Below, in pieces: positions 17,005 through 25,466 of a stretch of DNA of 28,703 bases. Each line of letters starts with the position of its first letter. The first letter of the stretch is position 1. The notes beneath the pieces were generated by a model. It worked only from the letters and a program-made list of their open reading frames with translations, made no database searches and was not told where the DNA came from. Source of the stretch: Chlamydiota bacterium (lineage in GTDB: Bacteria > Auribacterota > Tritonobacteria > UBA1439); the NCBI GenBank assembly GCA_037133055.1, contig JBAXOY010000027.1, forward strand, positions 1-28,703, given 5' to 3'. A program made the translations under genes and the position numbers.

Positions 17005-17922
17005 ATGCTTGATCCAGCGGTGAGGGAAAGGTTCGCGGAGATGTTCGGCGCCAGAGTCCGGTTCGACGAGCCGCTCTCGACGCACACGAGCATGCGGGTC
17101 GGGGGGCCCGCGGACGCGCTGGTCGAGGTCGAGGGGGAGGAGGAGCTCGGTACGCTCCTGGCCCTCTGCGCGTCGCGCCGGCTCCCGTTCCTCGCCCTCG
17201 GGGGGGGCACGAACCTCATCGTGCGGGACGGCGGTTTCCGCGGCATCGCGGCGAGGCTCGGCGGCCGGCTCGCGGAAATGGAGTTCGGGGAGCGCGGCGC
17301 GCGGGCGGGCGGCGGTGCGCCCCTCGGGACGGTGGTTTCGGAGGCGCTGCGGCGCGGACTCGCGGGGCTCGAGCGCCTTGCGGGGATACCGGGCACGGTG
17401 GGAGGCGCGGTGCGGATGAACGCGGGCGCCTGCGGCGCGGAGATCGCCCAGGCAGTCGCGTGGGCGCGCCTTGTGGACGGGTCGGGCGGCGCGCGGCGGG
17501 TCGAGGGCCGGGCGATGGGATTCGAGTATCGTGGATGCGCGGCGGCGGGGTCCGCGGTCGTCGCCGAAGTGGGGCTCAGTCTCTCGCAGGGCGATCCGGA
17601 ATCCCTCCGGGCGGCGGCGGGCGAGTGCGCGAATCGACGGGCGGAGTGGCTCCCCGGGGAGCCGAACGCGGGCTGCATTTTTAAAAATCCGGCGGGGGGG
17701 CCGTCCGCGGGAGAGCTCATTGACAGGCTCGGGCTCAAGGGTTCGCATGCGGGAGGGGCCGCGGTGCACGCGCGGCACGCGAACGTGATCGTGAACCGGG
17801 GAAACGCGACGGCGGCCGACGTCCTCGTCCTCATGCAGCGCATGCGTGCGGCCGTCAGGGGAGAGACGGGCATTCTCCTCGATCCCGAAGTGGTTATTGT
17901 GGGCGAGGATCCGGCTGCGTGA
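17005..17922 (+). CDS. murB: UDP-N-acetylenolpyruvoylglucosamine reductase MurB (Cys-type)
   Basis: HTSMRVGGPAD, LGGGTNL, GIPGTVGGAVRMNAGA, F.YR, NAGCIFKNP, HANVIVN, L.PEV. Confidence 0.96.
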   Translation: MLDPAVRERFAEMFGARVRFDEPLSTHTSMRVGGPADALVEVEGEEELGTLLALCASRRLPFLALGGGTNLIVRDGGFRGIAARLGGRLAEMEFGERGARAGGGAPLGTVVSEALRRGLAGLERLAGIPGTVGGAVRMNAGACGAEIAQAVAWARLVDGSGGARRVEGRAMGFEYRGCAAAGSAVVAEVGLSLSQGDPESLRAAAGECANRRAEWLPGEPNAGCIFKNPAGGPSAGELIDRLGLKGSHAGGAAVHARHANVIVNRGNATAADVLVLMQRMRAAVRGETGILLDPEVVIVGEDPAA

Positions 17923-17991
17923 GGGCGTGCGCGCGTAAATAGACAAAACGCTTTATCGTGTACGCCCACACACGCCCGTACGCCGATACGG
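17918..17991. repeat. Second copy of the 8-mer element, at the murB/ftsQ junction
   Basis: Shares CGTGAGGGCGTG (17918) and TACGCCGATACGG (17979) with the element at 16931/16976. Confidence 0.7.
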
Positions 17992-18011
17992 CAGTACCAG
18001 GGGGGCAGGGG

Positions 18012-18887
18012 ATGAGGGGAAAATGGAACATCAAGCTTCCGAAGAAGCGTCGCGCCATCGTGTTCAACGTCGACGTGGCGCGGCGTCGCAGGACGCGCGA
18101 GGCGCGCGCCGGGGGCGACCGCTCCAGGTTGCGGGGTTTGGGAAAAATCGCCGCGGCCGCCGTCGCGGCGGCCACCCTTGGCATCCTCGGCACGGCGGGC
18201 GTCCGCGAGCGGTTTCAGGCGTCCCCGCGGTTCACGGTGCGGTGGATCGAGGTGGCCAACGAGGAGCTGCTCACGAAGCGCGAGATCATCTTCCTCTCGC
18301 GCGCGAAGGTCGGCGACAACCTCATCACCGCAGACCTCGCCGCGATCCGCGACCGGCTGCGCGCGCATCCGGACATACGGGACGCGGTCGTGAGCCGGAG
18401 GGTCCCCGGGGGAATCCTGGTGCGGGTCTACGAGAGGACCCCGATTGCGGCGGTCTATGCGGGGGGGCGCTATGTCCTCGACGAGGAGGGCTGCGTCCTC
18501 TCCCCGGCAAAGGAGGCGGCGAGCCGCGCCATTCCCTCGGTCACGGGCCTCGCGTTCGGCGCGCTCCGCGCGGGGGACCGTCTGTGCGCCCCCGCCGTCC
18601 GGCGGGCGATCGAGATCGTGAAGGCGTATCATGAATCGGACCTCGACCGGCAGATCGAGCTCGTGAGCGTGGACATGGCCGATGCGGAGAACACCGTGCT
18701 GCGGACCGGCTCGATCGAGGAGATACGCCTTGGGAGCGACAGCATCGGGGAGCGCCTGCAACTGCTCTCGTTCGTGCTGAAGCAGCGGAGACTTCGAGGC
18801 ATCGACGGCCCCGCGAGCTACCTTGACCTGCGCTGGAAGGACGTCGCCGAGATGCCGGCGCGCAGGGACGTCGCTTCGATGCGCTGA
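18012..18887 (+). CDS. ftsQ: Cell division protein FtsQ/DivIB
   Basis: Basic cytoplasmic tail, one TM, POTRA domain (F.V..IEV...P.I.DA.V.RR.PG.I.V.V.ER.P.A), C-terminal YLDLRW. Position before ftsA. Start uncertain. Confidence 0.88.
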   Translation: MRGKWNIKLPKKRRAIVFNVDVARRRRTREARAGGDRSRLRGLGKIAAAAVAAATLGILGTAGVRERFQASPRFTVRWIEVANEELLTKREIIFLSRAKVGDNLITADLAAIRDRLRAHPDIRDAVVSRRVPGGILVRVYERTPIAAVYAGGRYVLDEEGCVLSPAKEAASRAIPSVTGLAFGALRAGDRLCAPAVRRAIEIVKAYHESDLDRQIELVSVDMADAENTVLRTGSIEEIRLGSDSIGERLQLLSFVLKQRRLRGIDGPASYLDLRWKDVAEMPARRDVASMR

Positions 18888-18918
18888 CCGCAACGCGGCG
18901 CGCGATAAAGGGGGAATG

Positions 18919-20157
18919 ATGACGCACGGTTCGAACCTTATCATCGGCCTGGACATCGGGACGACCAAGATCTGCACGGTCGTCGCGGAGATCGACCGGG
19001 AGACCCGTTCCCTGCGGGTCATCGGCCTCGGCCACGCCCCGTCGCAGGGCCTCCGCAAGGGGGTTGTGGTGGACATGGACAGGGCGGTCGAGTCCATCGT
19101 CCGTTCCGTCGAGGACGCGGAGAAGATGGCGAACGTAGAGATCCACTCCGTTTTCGCCGGGATCACCGGGGGGCACGTCAAGAGCTTCAACAGCCGCGGC
19201 GTCGCGGCGATCGGCGAGGGCGGGGAGATCACGCCGAGGGACGTGGATCGGGCGATCGCCGCCGCGCGCGCGGTGTCGCTCCCCGCAGACCGGGAGATCC
19301 TCCACACGATCCCGCAGGAGTTCACCGTCGACGGGCAGGCGGGGATCAGGGAGCCGGTGGGGATGTCGGGGGTGCGCCTCGAGGCGGAGGCCCACATCAT
19401 CACCGGGACGATCACGGCCGCCCAGAACATCATCAGGGCCATCAACAAGGCCGGCTTCGAGGTGGAGGATATCGTCCTCGAGTCGCTTGCCGCGAGCATC
19501 GCGGTCCTGAGTGAGGACGAGAAGAACTCGGGCGTCCTCCTGATCGACATCGGGGGAGGGACGACCGACTTCGTCGCCTTTCACCGCGGCAGCATACGCC
19601 AGTCGAGCGTGCTCGCGGTGGGCGGAGACCATGTCACCAACGACCTCACGGTCGCGCTCAGGCTGCCGATCTCGCTCGCGGAAGAGATCAAGCAGGCCTA
19701 CGGCAGCGCCATGGAGGAGCGCGTGGACCCCGAGGAGGAGATCGAGATCCCGCCGGCGGCGGGCAGGGGCGCGGCGCGCTACAGCCGGAGGGAGCTCGCG
19801 CGGGTGATCGAACTCAGGATGACCGAGATACTCTCCCTCGCGAGGCGCCAGGTGGACCGCTCCGGGCTGCGCAGGCTCATGGCGTCGGGCGTGGTGCTCA
19901 CGGGGGGGGCCTGTCTCACCGACGGCATCGTGGAGCTCGCCGGGAAGGTCTTCGAGCTCCCGGTCCGTATCGGCAGGCCCGCGGGGGTCTCCGGCATCTC
20001 CGAGGCGCTGGACAGCCCGGTCTATGCGACCGGGGCCGGCCTTGCCCTGTACGGGCAGCGGATGAGAAAAGAGGGACGGGTGTCGCGTTTCAGGAGGAGG
20101 GGCCGTCTCGCGCGGGGGGCGGATCAGATACGGGAGTGGATGGCAAACCGTTTCTAG
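18919..20157 (+). CDS. ftsA: Cell division protein FtsA
   Basis: IGLDIGTTKIC, GLRKGVVVD, PVGMSGVRLE, LIDIGGGTTD, VGGDHVTNDL, GVVLTGG, YATGAGL, C-terminal amphipathic helix. Start is 18916 or 18919. Confidence 0.97.
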   Translation: MTHGSNLIIGLDIGTTKICTVVAEIDRETRSLRVIGLGHAPSQGLRKGVVVDMDRAVESIVRSVEDAEKMANVEIHSVFAGITGGHVKSFNSRGVAAIGEGGEITPRDVDRAIAAARAVSLPADREILHTIPQEFTVDGQAGIREPVGMSGVRLEAEAHIITGTITAAQNIIRAINKAGFEVEDIVLESLAASIAVLSEDEKNSGVLLIDIGGGTTDFVAFHRGSIRQSSVLAVGGDHVTNDLTVALRLPISLAEEIKQAYGSAMEERVDPEEEIEIPPAAGRGAARYSRRELARVIELRMTEILSLARRQVDRSGLRRLMASGVVLTGGACLTDGIVELAGKVFELPVRIGRPAGVSGISEALDSPVYATGAGLALYGQRMRKEGRVSRFRRRGRLARGADQIREWMANRF

Positions 20158-20197
20158 TTGATGGAGGAGCAGCGCACGTATATCGAGGGGGGGAGCC

Positions 20198-21346
20198 ATG
20201 GACGCGGAAGGAGTACGGCAGGTGCGGATCAGGGTGCTCGGGATCGGCGGGGCCGGTTCCAATGCCCTCGATCAGATGCTCAAATCGGGGGGGGACCGGA
20301 TCGACTACGTGGCGATCAACACCGACCGCCAGGACCTGACCCAGTCGAACGCCCCGCACAAGATCCAGATCGGGGAGAACATCACCCACGGGCTCGGGGC
20401 GGGGGGGAATCCCGATGTCGGCCGCCAGGCAGCCATGGATTCCATGGCGGAGCTCGAGGCCGCGCTCGAGGGGTGCGATCTTCTGTTCCTGGTGGCGGGG
20501 TTCGGGGGGGGAACGGGGACCGGCGCCGCCCCGGTGATCGCGCAGATGGCGCGGGAGCGGAACATCCTCACGGTCTGCATCGCGACCACGCCGTTCGACT
20601 TCGAGGGGCAGAAGAGGAAGACCCAGGCACTGGAGGGCTTGCGGCTTGTCGACGAGCACTCCGACACGGTGATCGTGGCCCCCAACGACAAACTGTTCCA
20701 GGTCGCCGACCTGAACGGATCCATGAAGGAGGCGTTCGATTTTACGAACGACATCCTGGCGGAGGGAGTCCAGTGCATCGTGAGGCTGATCAGCCGGACC
20801 GGCCTCATCAACCTCGACTTCGCCGACGTGCGCACCATCGTCGCCCGCGGCGGGCGGGCTGCGCTCGGCTTCGCCACGAGCTCCGGGCAGGGAAGCGCCG
20901 TCGAGGCGGCGCGCAGGGCCCTCGACAACCCGCTCTTCGACCAGGACACCCTCTCCCGCGCCCGTGGGCTGCTCATCAGCATCATGGGGGGCGACGACCT
21001 CGGCCTGAGGGAGGTCCAGGAAGCGGCGGCGGCGATAAGCAGGATGGGGAACAGAAACGCGCACGTGATTTTCGGCGCCCTGGTGGACTCCGCGTTCCAC
21101 GGGCAGCGCCTGGTGACGGTCCTTGCGACGAGCCTCGACGGGGAGCGGGCGCGCGCGACTGAGGCGCCCGCGGAGGCGGCGGGGGAGCCGTCGCCCGCGC
21201 CCGTGCCCCAGCAGACGCTGATCGACCTGGATTTCAAGAGTTACGAGCATTTCGAGGATACCGAGCCCACGATACTCGAGGGGGAGAACCTCGACATCCC
21301 GACATTCCTGCGCAAGGGGGTGCGCGTGAGCGCCGTGGCGGGCTGA
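20198..21346 (+). CDS. ftsZ: Cell division protein FtsZ
   Basis: GIGGAGSNA, NTD, GLGAGGNP, GGGTGTG tubulin signature, PF.FEG..R, INLDFADV (T7 loop), C-terminal LDIPTFLRK. Confidence 0.98.
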   Translation: MDAEGVRQVRIRVLGIGGAGSNALDQMLKSGGDRIDYVAINTDRQDLTQSNAPHKIQIGENITHGLGAGGNPDVGRQAAMDSMAELEAALEGCDLLFLVAGFGGGTGTGAAPVIAQMARERNILTVCIATTPFDFEGQKRKTQALEGLRLVDEHSDTVIVAPNDKLFQVADLNGSMKEAFDFTNDILAEGVQCIVRLISRTGLINLDFADVRTIVARGGRAALGFATSSGQGSAVEAARRALDNPLFDQDTLSRARGLLISIMGGDDLGLREVQEAAAAISRMGNRNAHVIFGALVDSAFHGQRLVTVLATSLDGERARATEAPAEAAGEPSPAPVPQQTLIDLDFKSYEHFEDTEPTILEGENLDIPTFLRKGVRVSAVAG

Positions 21347-21468
21347 ACGGGCCCGTATCGCGTGGAGGAGACATTCAGGGCGGTTGCCGGCTAGTTATCC
21401 CACACTCGCCTCTAGACGGCCAACCGCCCTGTCTTTTTCAAACGAAAACAGCAAAGCGTAATCCGCGG

Positions 21469-21497
21469 TTGAACGGCGCCGCCTGATGCGCTATAGT
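21469..21497 (+). promoter_or_regulatory. Probable sigma70 promoter
   Basis: TTGAAC-17 bp-TATAGT. Confidence 0.55.
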
Positions 21498-21525
21498 ACC
21501 TTTTCTTCACCGGGAGATTCCGCCG

Positions 21526-22206
21526 ATGAAGCTGCTGCAGTTCCTCCTGCGGGTGGTCAAATTCCTCGCGGGCCTCCTGCTCGTCCCGGCCTGCGCCGGG
21601 GCGACGATGGCCCTGTACCACGACCTTCTCGGGCCCATCAGTTCGCAGGTCTGGTTCCTCGCGGGGTTCGGCGCATTCGTCCTCATCTTCGCCATCTTCC
21701 AGCAGCCGATCAAGTCCTACGTCTTCGGGCACGAGCTCACCCACGCCTTCTGGATCCTCCTCTTCCGCGGCGAGGTGACCGCCTTCTCCGCCTCATCGAA
21801 GGGCGGGAGGGTGGAGGGGACGAAGGGGAATTTCCTCATCGCGCTCTCCCCGTATTTTTTTCCCGTCTATACCATCCTCCTCATCGGTTTCTACTTCGCG
21901 GGGAGGCTGTTCTGGGAGCCCCAGCGGTTCACCGAGGGGTTCATCTTCCTGATCGGCTTCACCTGGGCGTTCCACTTCATCCTGACCATCTCGGTCCTGA
22001 TCAAGGGGCAGTCGGAGGTCAAGAAAAACGGCTATCTCTTCTCGATCGCCATCATCTATCTGATGAACATCCTCGTGCTCGGGCTCGTGCTCACCTTCAT
22101 CTGTCCAGACTTCGGGGTGGCGGACCTCGCCTCCGCCCTGCGGGCGAACATCGCGTCGAGCTACGCGCGGTTCGGCGCGGCGGCGGGGGTCCTCTCCGAC
22201 AGGTAG
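21526..22206 (+). CDS. Integral membrane protein with HExxH motif (M50-like zinc peptidase candidate)
   Basis: About 5 hydrophobic segments, YVFGHELTHA, NFLIALSPYFFP. Confidence 0.75.
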   Translation: MKLLQFLLRVVKFLAGLLLVPACAGATMALYHDLLGPISSQVWFLAGFGAFVLIFAIFQQPIKSYVFGHELTHAFWILLFRGEVTAFSASSKGGRVEGTKGNFLIALSPYFFPVYTILLIGFYFAGRLFWEPQRFTEGFIFLIGFTWAFHFILTISVLIKGQSEVKKNGYLFSIAIIYLMNILVLGLVLTFICPDFGVADLASALRANIASSYARFGAAAGVLSDR

Positions 22207-22216
22207 GAAAAACAGC

Positions 22217-22293
22217 CGTGTGGGCGTGTCGGCGTGTGGGCGTAGTGGTTGAAAAAAATCTCTTCTTCCGCGCTCTCCGTGGCTCCGTGGTGA
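22217..22293 (+). repeat. 8-mer array CGTGT(G/C)GG plus CTCCGTGG repeats
   Basis: cgtgtggg cgtgtcgg cgtgtggg cgtagtgg, then ctccgtgg ctccgtgg. Confidence 0.7.
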
Positions 22294-22338
22294 AAACCGG
22301 CAAAACCCCACGGTAAAATTACCAGGAAAATTACGCGG

Positions 22339-22367
22339 TTGAACGCGACAGGGCGAGGGGCTATACT
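22339..22367 (+). promoter_or_regulatory. Probable sigma70 promoter
   Basis: TTGAAC-17 bp-TATACT. Confidence 0.6.
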
Positions 22368-22409
22368 ATCGGCGTCGCACTGGCGCAGACCATGGGGAGG
22401 AGGTTCGCG

Positions 22410-22985
22410 ATGAAATCGGCGAGACGTGCCGCGGCGGTGCTCGCGGCGGCGGCGTGCGTGGCGGGGTGCGCCGCGGTCATGCAGCCCTACAAGGCCGCGT
22501 CGACCGGGTTTCACATCGCCTCGGTGAAGAGGGAGGACAAGCTGCTCGCCATCGACGGCCAGTCGAGGCTCGTCCAGAACCAGGGCATCAACTCCGAGGC
22601 GAGCCAGAGCGGGGGCATGTTCACGGGGCTCGGGGGCATCGAAAAGTGGCGCTACGAGGCGAGGTTCCTCCCGCCCGACATGCAGGGCGAGGAGTATGTC
22701 GTCGTCTTCGACGCCAAAGGCCCGGATAAGACCCTGCCGCGGCCGCTGACCGTCACGTTCGAGTACATGTACCCGAAGGGGATCGAGGTCCATTCCTCCC
22801 AGAAGGCGTACGAGAATCTCCCCGTGGGACGGCACAAATACGTCTGGAAAAACCTGGGCGCGCAGAACACCGAGCACGGGGATATCGCGAGCTGGCGGGT
22901 CTCACTGCGCTACGGCGGCGCCGAGGTCGCCTCGATGCACTCGGCGCTCTGGCGTCCCTGGGGCAAGGTCGTCCTGGACGAATAG
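22410..22985 (+). CDS. Hypothetical lipoprotein (191 aa)
   Basis: GGAGGAGG RBS. MKSARR + Ala-rich hydrophobic core + VAG-C lipobox. GC-rich third positions. Confidence 0.8.
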   Translation: MKSARRAAAVLAAAACVAGCAAVMQPYKAASTGFHIASVKREDKLLAIDGQSRLVQNQGINSEASQSGGMFTGLGGIEKWRYEARFLPPDMQGEEYVVVFDAKGPDKTLPRPLTVTFEYMYPKGIEVHSSQKAYENLPVGRHKYVWKNLGAQNTEHGDIASWRVSLRYGGAEVASMHSALWRPWGKVVLDE

Positions 22986-23001
22986 ACGCGCGGATCCTCC
23001 C

Positions 23002-24597
23002 ATGCCCCTCAGGGACACGATGGCCCGGACGGAGGGATGCGAGAGCCTCGGGCGCATGCTCGAGGAGACCGCGCGGGAGTATCCGCGCCGCATCGCCCTC
23101 TCCATCGATGACTGCGTCATCCGCTACCGCGCCCTGAACGCCCACTGCAACTGTTTCGCGCGCGCCCTCCGCGAGCGGCTCGGCGTCGTGCCCGGTGACC
23201 GTGTCGCGCTCTTTCTCGGCAACAGCCCCCAGTTCATCTACGCCTGCCTCGGCGCTCTCAAGGCGGGCGCGACCGTCGTCCCGCTCAACACCTTCCTCAC
23301 CGCCCAGGAGCTCCGGTACATCGTCGAGGACTCCGGGGCGAAGGTCCTGGTGAGCGCCGACCAGTTCGCCTCGACGGTGAGGAGGTTTTCCGACCGCGTG
23401 CCATCCCTGAAAACGCTCGTCACCGTCGGGCGGGAGGACCTCGGCGCCGACACGTGGCTCTGCGACGAGCTCATCAGGGGGGTGAGCGACGCCGATCCCG
23501 GCCTGCCCGTCGGGCGGGAGGACCTCGCCGTCATCATCTATACCTCCGGGACCACGGGGAGGCCCAAGGGGGCGATGCTCACCCACGGCAACCTCCTCTC
23601 GAACGTCGTCGCTTCCGGTAGGAGCATCAGGATAGGCGCGGGGGATCGCGTGGTCTTTTTCATCCCGATGTTCCACTCCTTCACCCTCACCGCGTGCATC
23701 CTCATGCCGCTCAGCGTCGGCGCGGGCATTGTCGCCGTGACGCGGCTCAAGTCGCTCCCGCATATCCTGAAGAGCGTGATCCTCCGGAGGGCGACGATCT
23801 TCATCGGGATCCCGCATATCTACGACGTCCTGGCGCAGCGCGGTCTCCCCTGGTGGACGAGGCCGCTGCTGCGGCTGCGCGCGTGCATCTCCGGCTCCGC
23901 CCCCCTCTCCGGGGCAACCCTGAAGGCGTTCGAGCGGCGGGTGCGCATTCCGCTCCTCGAGGGCTACGGGCTTTCCGAGACCTCCCCGGTGGTCTCGATC
24001 AACCCGCTCGACGGGGTGCGCAAGCCGGGGTCGGTGGGCCTGCCGATCCCCGGCGTCGAGGTCAGGATCGTTTCGGGAAGCGGGGACACGCTCCCCCCGG
24101 GCGGGGTGGGGGAGATCGCCGTGCGGGGGCCGAACGTCATGCGGGGGTACCTGAACCGGCCCCGCGAGACCAAGGAAACGATCAGGGACGGCTGGCTTTT
24201 CACCGGGGACATCGGCACGCTCGACGAGGATGGGTATCTCTTCATCCTCGACAGGAAAAAGGACATGATCCTCTTCCACGGGATGAACGTGTATCCCCGG
24301 GAGATCGAGGAAGTCCTCTACCGGCATCCGCGGGTGGCGGAGGCCGCCGTGGTCGGGAAGCGGGACAGGCACCGGGGCGAGGTGCCCGTCGCATTCCTAT
24401 CCCTCAAGGAAGGAGGGGGCGACGCGGCGCAGGAACTCATCGCCTGGTGCCGGCAGCACCTCGCGGGGTACAAGGTTCCCCACACGATCGTTATCCTTGA
24501 CAGACTGCCCCGTAACGCCGCGGGGAAAATCGTGAAAGGAGAGCTCGAAAACAGCTTTGAGCGGTTGACATCGCCGGGGGGAAGTGCTATACAGTGA
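23002..24597 (+). CDS. Long-chain fatty acid--CoA ligase (FadD-like ANL adenylating enzyme)
   Basis: YTSGTTGRPKG, EGYGLSE, GPNVMRGY, GWLFTGDIG, DRKKDMI, NVYPREIE, LPRNAAGKI. Start may be 23020. Confidence 0.92.
   Translation: MPLRDTMARTEGCESLGRMLEETAREYPRRIALSIDDCVIRYRALNAHCNCFARALRERLGVVPGDRVALFLGNSPQFIYACLGALKAGATVVPLNTFLTAQELRYIVEDSGAKVLVSADQFASTVRRFSDRVPSLKTLVTVGREDLGADTWLCDELIRGVSDADPGLPVGREDLAVIIYTSGTTGRPKGAMLTHGNLLSNVVASGRSIRIGAGDRVVFFIPMFHSFTLTACILMPLSVGAGIVAVTRLKSLPHILKSVILRRATIFIGIPHIYDVLAQRGLPWWTRPLLRLRACISGSAPLSGATLKAFERRVRIPLLEGYGLSETSPVVSINPLDGVRKPGSVGLPIPGVEVRIVSGSGDTLPPGGVGEIAVRGPNVMRGYLNRPRETKETIRDGWLFTGDIGTLDEDGYLFILDRKKDMILFHGMNVYPREIEEVLYRHPRVAEAAVVGKRDRHRGEVPVAFLSLKEGGGDAAQELIAWCRQHLAGYKVPHTIVILDRLPRNAAGKIVKGELENSFERLTSPGGSAIQ
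24565..24593 (+). promoter_or_regulatory. Probable sigma70 promoter inside the 3' end of the CoA ligase gene, driving the PilZ gene
   Basis: TTGACA-17 bp-TATACA with TG extended -10, 20 bp before the PilZ ATG. Confidence 0.6.
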
Positions 24598-24613
24598 GCG
24601 TAAGGAGTACGGT

Positions 24614-25387
24614 ATGAAGTCGAAAAAGAACTCCCGCAGCGCCGTGTCGGAGCATCGCAGGGCCACGCGGGCAGATGTCGGCCTGTCCCTCAAGATCAAT
24701 AAGAACGAGCGCGTCATCGAAGCCCACACGAAGAATATCAGTTCCTCGGGGGCGTACTGCACCCTCGATAAGTTCGTTCCCCTCAACTCCACGCTCGATC
24801 TGACGCTCCTCCTCCCGGAGAAGCCCGAGAAGGGTCACCCGGCCCGGAAGAAGGTCCGGTGCCACGGCATCGTGGTACGGAACCAGCCCGAGGACGCCGA
24901 TATCGTCCACCCGCACTATGGGATCGCGCTTTTCTTCACGGATATTGCAAAGGCCGACAGGCAGAGGCTCTCGAGCTTCGTGCGCGAGAAACTCCCGGTG
25001 AACGCCCGGAAGGGCGCCGCCGGAGCGGCGGGGCGATACGACCCCGGCAGGGTGTTCTCCGCCCGGAGCTTCGGCGCCAAGGGGTTCAGCGTGAGCTCGG
25101 CGAACTTCAAGGTCCTGGGGCAGGGGATCAACGTGAGCAGGAATGGCATCTGCTTCCAGACCGACAGGAGCATCCCCCTCTTCAGGGAGCTCGCGGTGAA
25201 CCTTGTGCTGCCGCCGCATCCGGCAAGGGCCGCGACGAAGGGGCACGAGGCGCTCCAGTGCAGCGCGGTGGTGGTCGGGTGCGAGCGGGTTCCCAAGACC
25301 GGGAAATACGACATGGCCGCCTACTTTGTCGGTCTCAGCAGGGAGCAGAAGGAGCGCCTTCACCACTGCATCAAGAAGATTTTCTGA
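24614..25387 (+). CDS. Tandem PilZ-domain protein
   Basis: AAGGAG RBS. Domain 1 has RRATR and NISSSG (RxxxR, D/NxSxxG). Domain 2 has NVSRNG and a parallel L.LP...C...VV...Y..A..F pattern. Confidence 0.8.
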   Translation: MKSKKNSRSAVSEHRRATRADVGLSLKINKNERVIEAHTKNISSSGAYCTLDKFVPLNSTLDLTLLLPEKPEKGHPARKKVRCHGIVVRNQPEDADIVHPHYGIALFFTDIAKADRQRLSSFVREKLPVNARKGAAGAAGRYDPGRVFSARSFGAKGFSVSSANFKVLGQGINVSRNGICFQTDRSIPLFRELAVNLVLPPHPARAATKGHEALQCSAVVVGCERVPKTGKYDMAAYFVGLSREQKERLHHCIKKIF

Positions 25388-25466
25388 CGGCGGCACTCGC
25401 GGCGGCCGCGTGGTACGTCGCTGTTCTATGGGAGCCGGCGTCCCGGCGCGTTTTTCGCGGGGGAGT

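Noticed and set aside
21395..21405. DnaA-box-like TTATCCCACA after ftsZ
   Set aside because: Needs a 1-nt insertion to fit TTATCCACA, is single, and has no box cluster or DUE.
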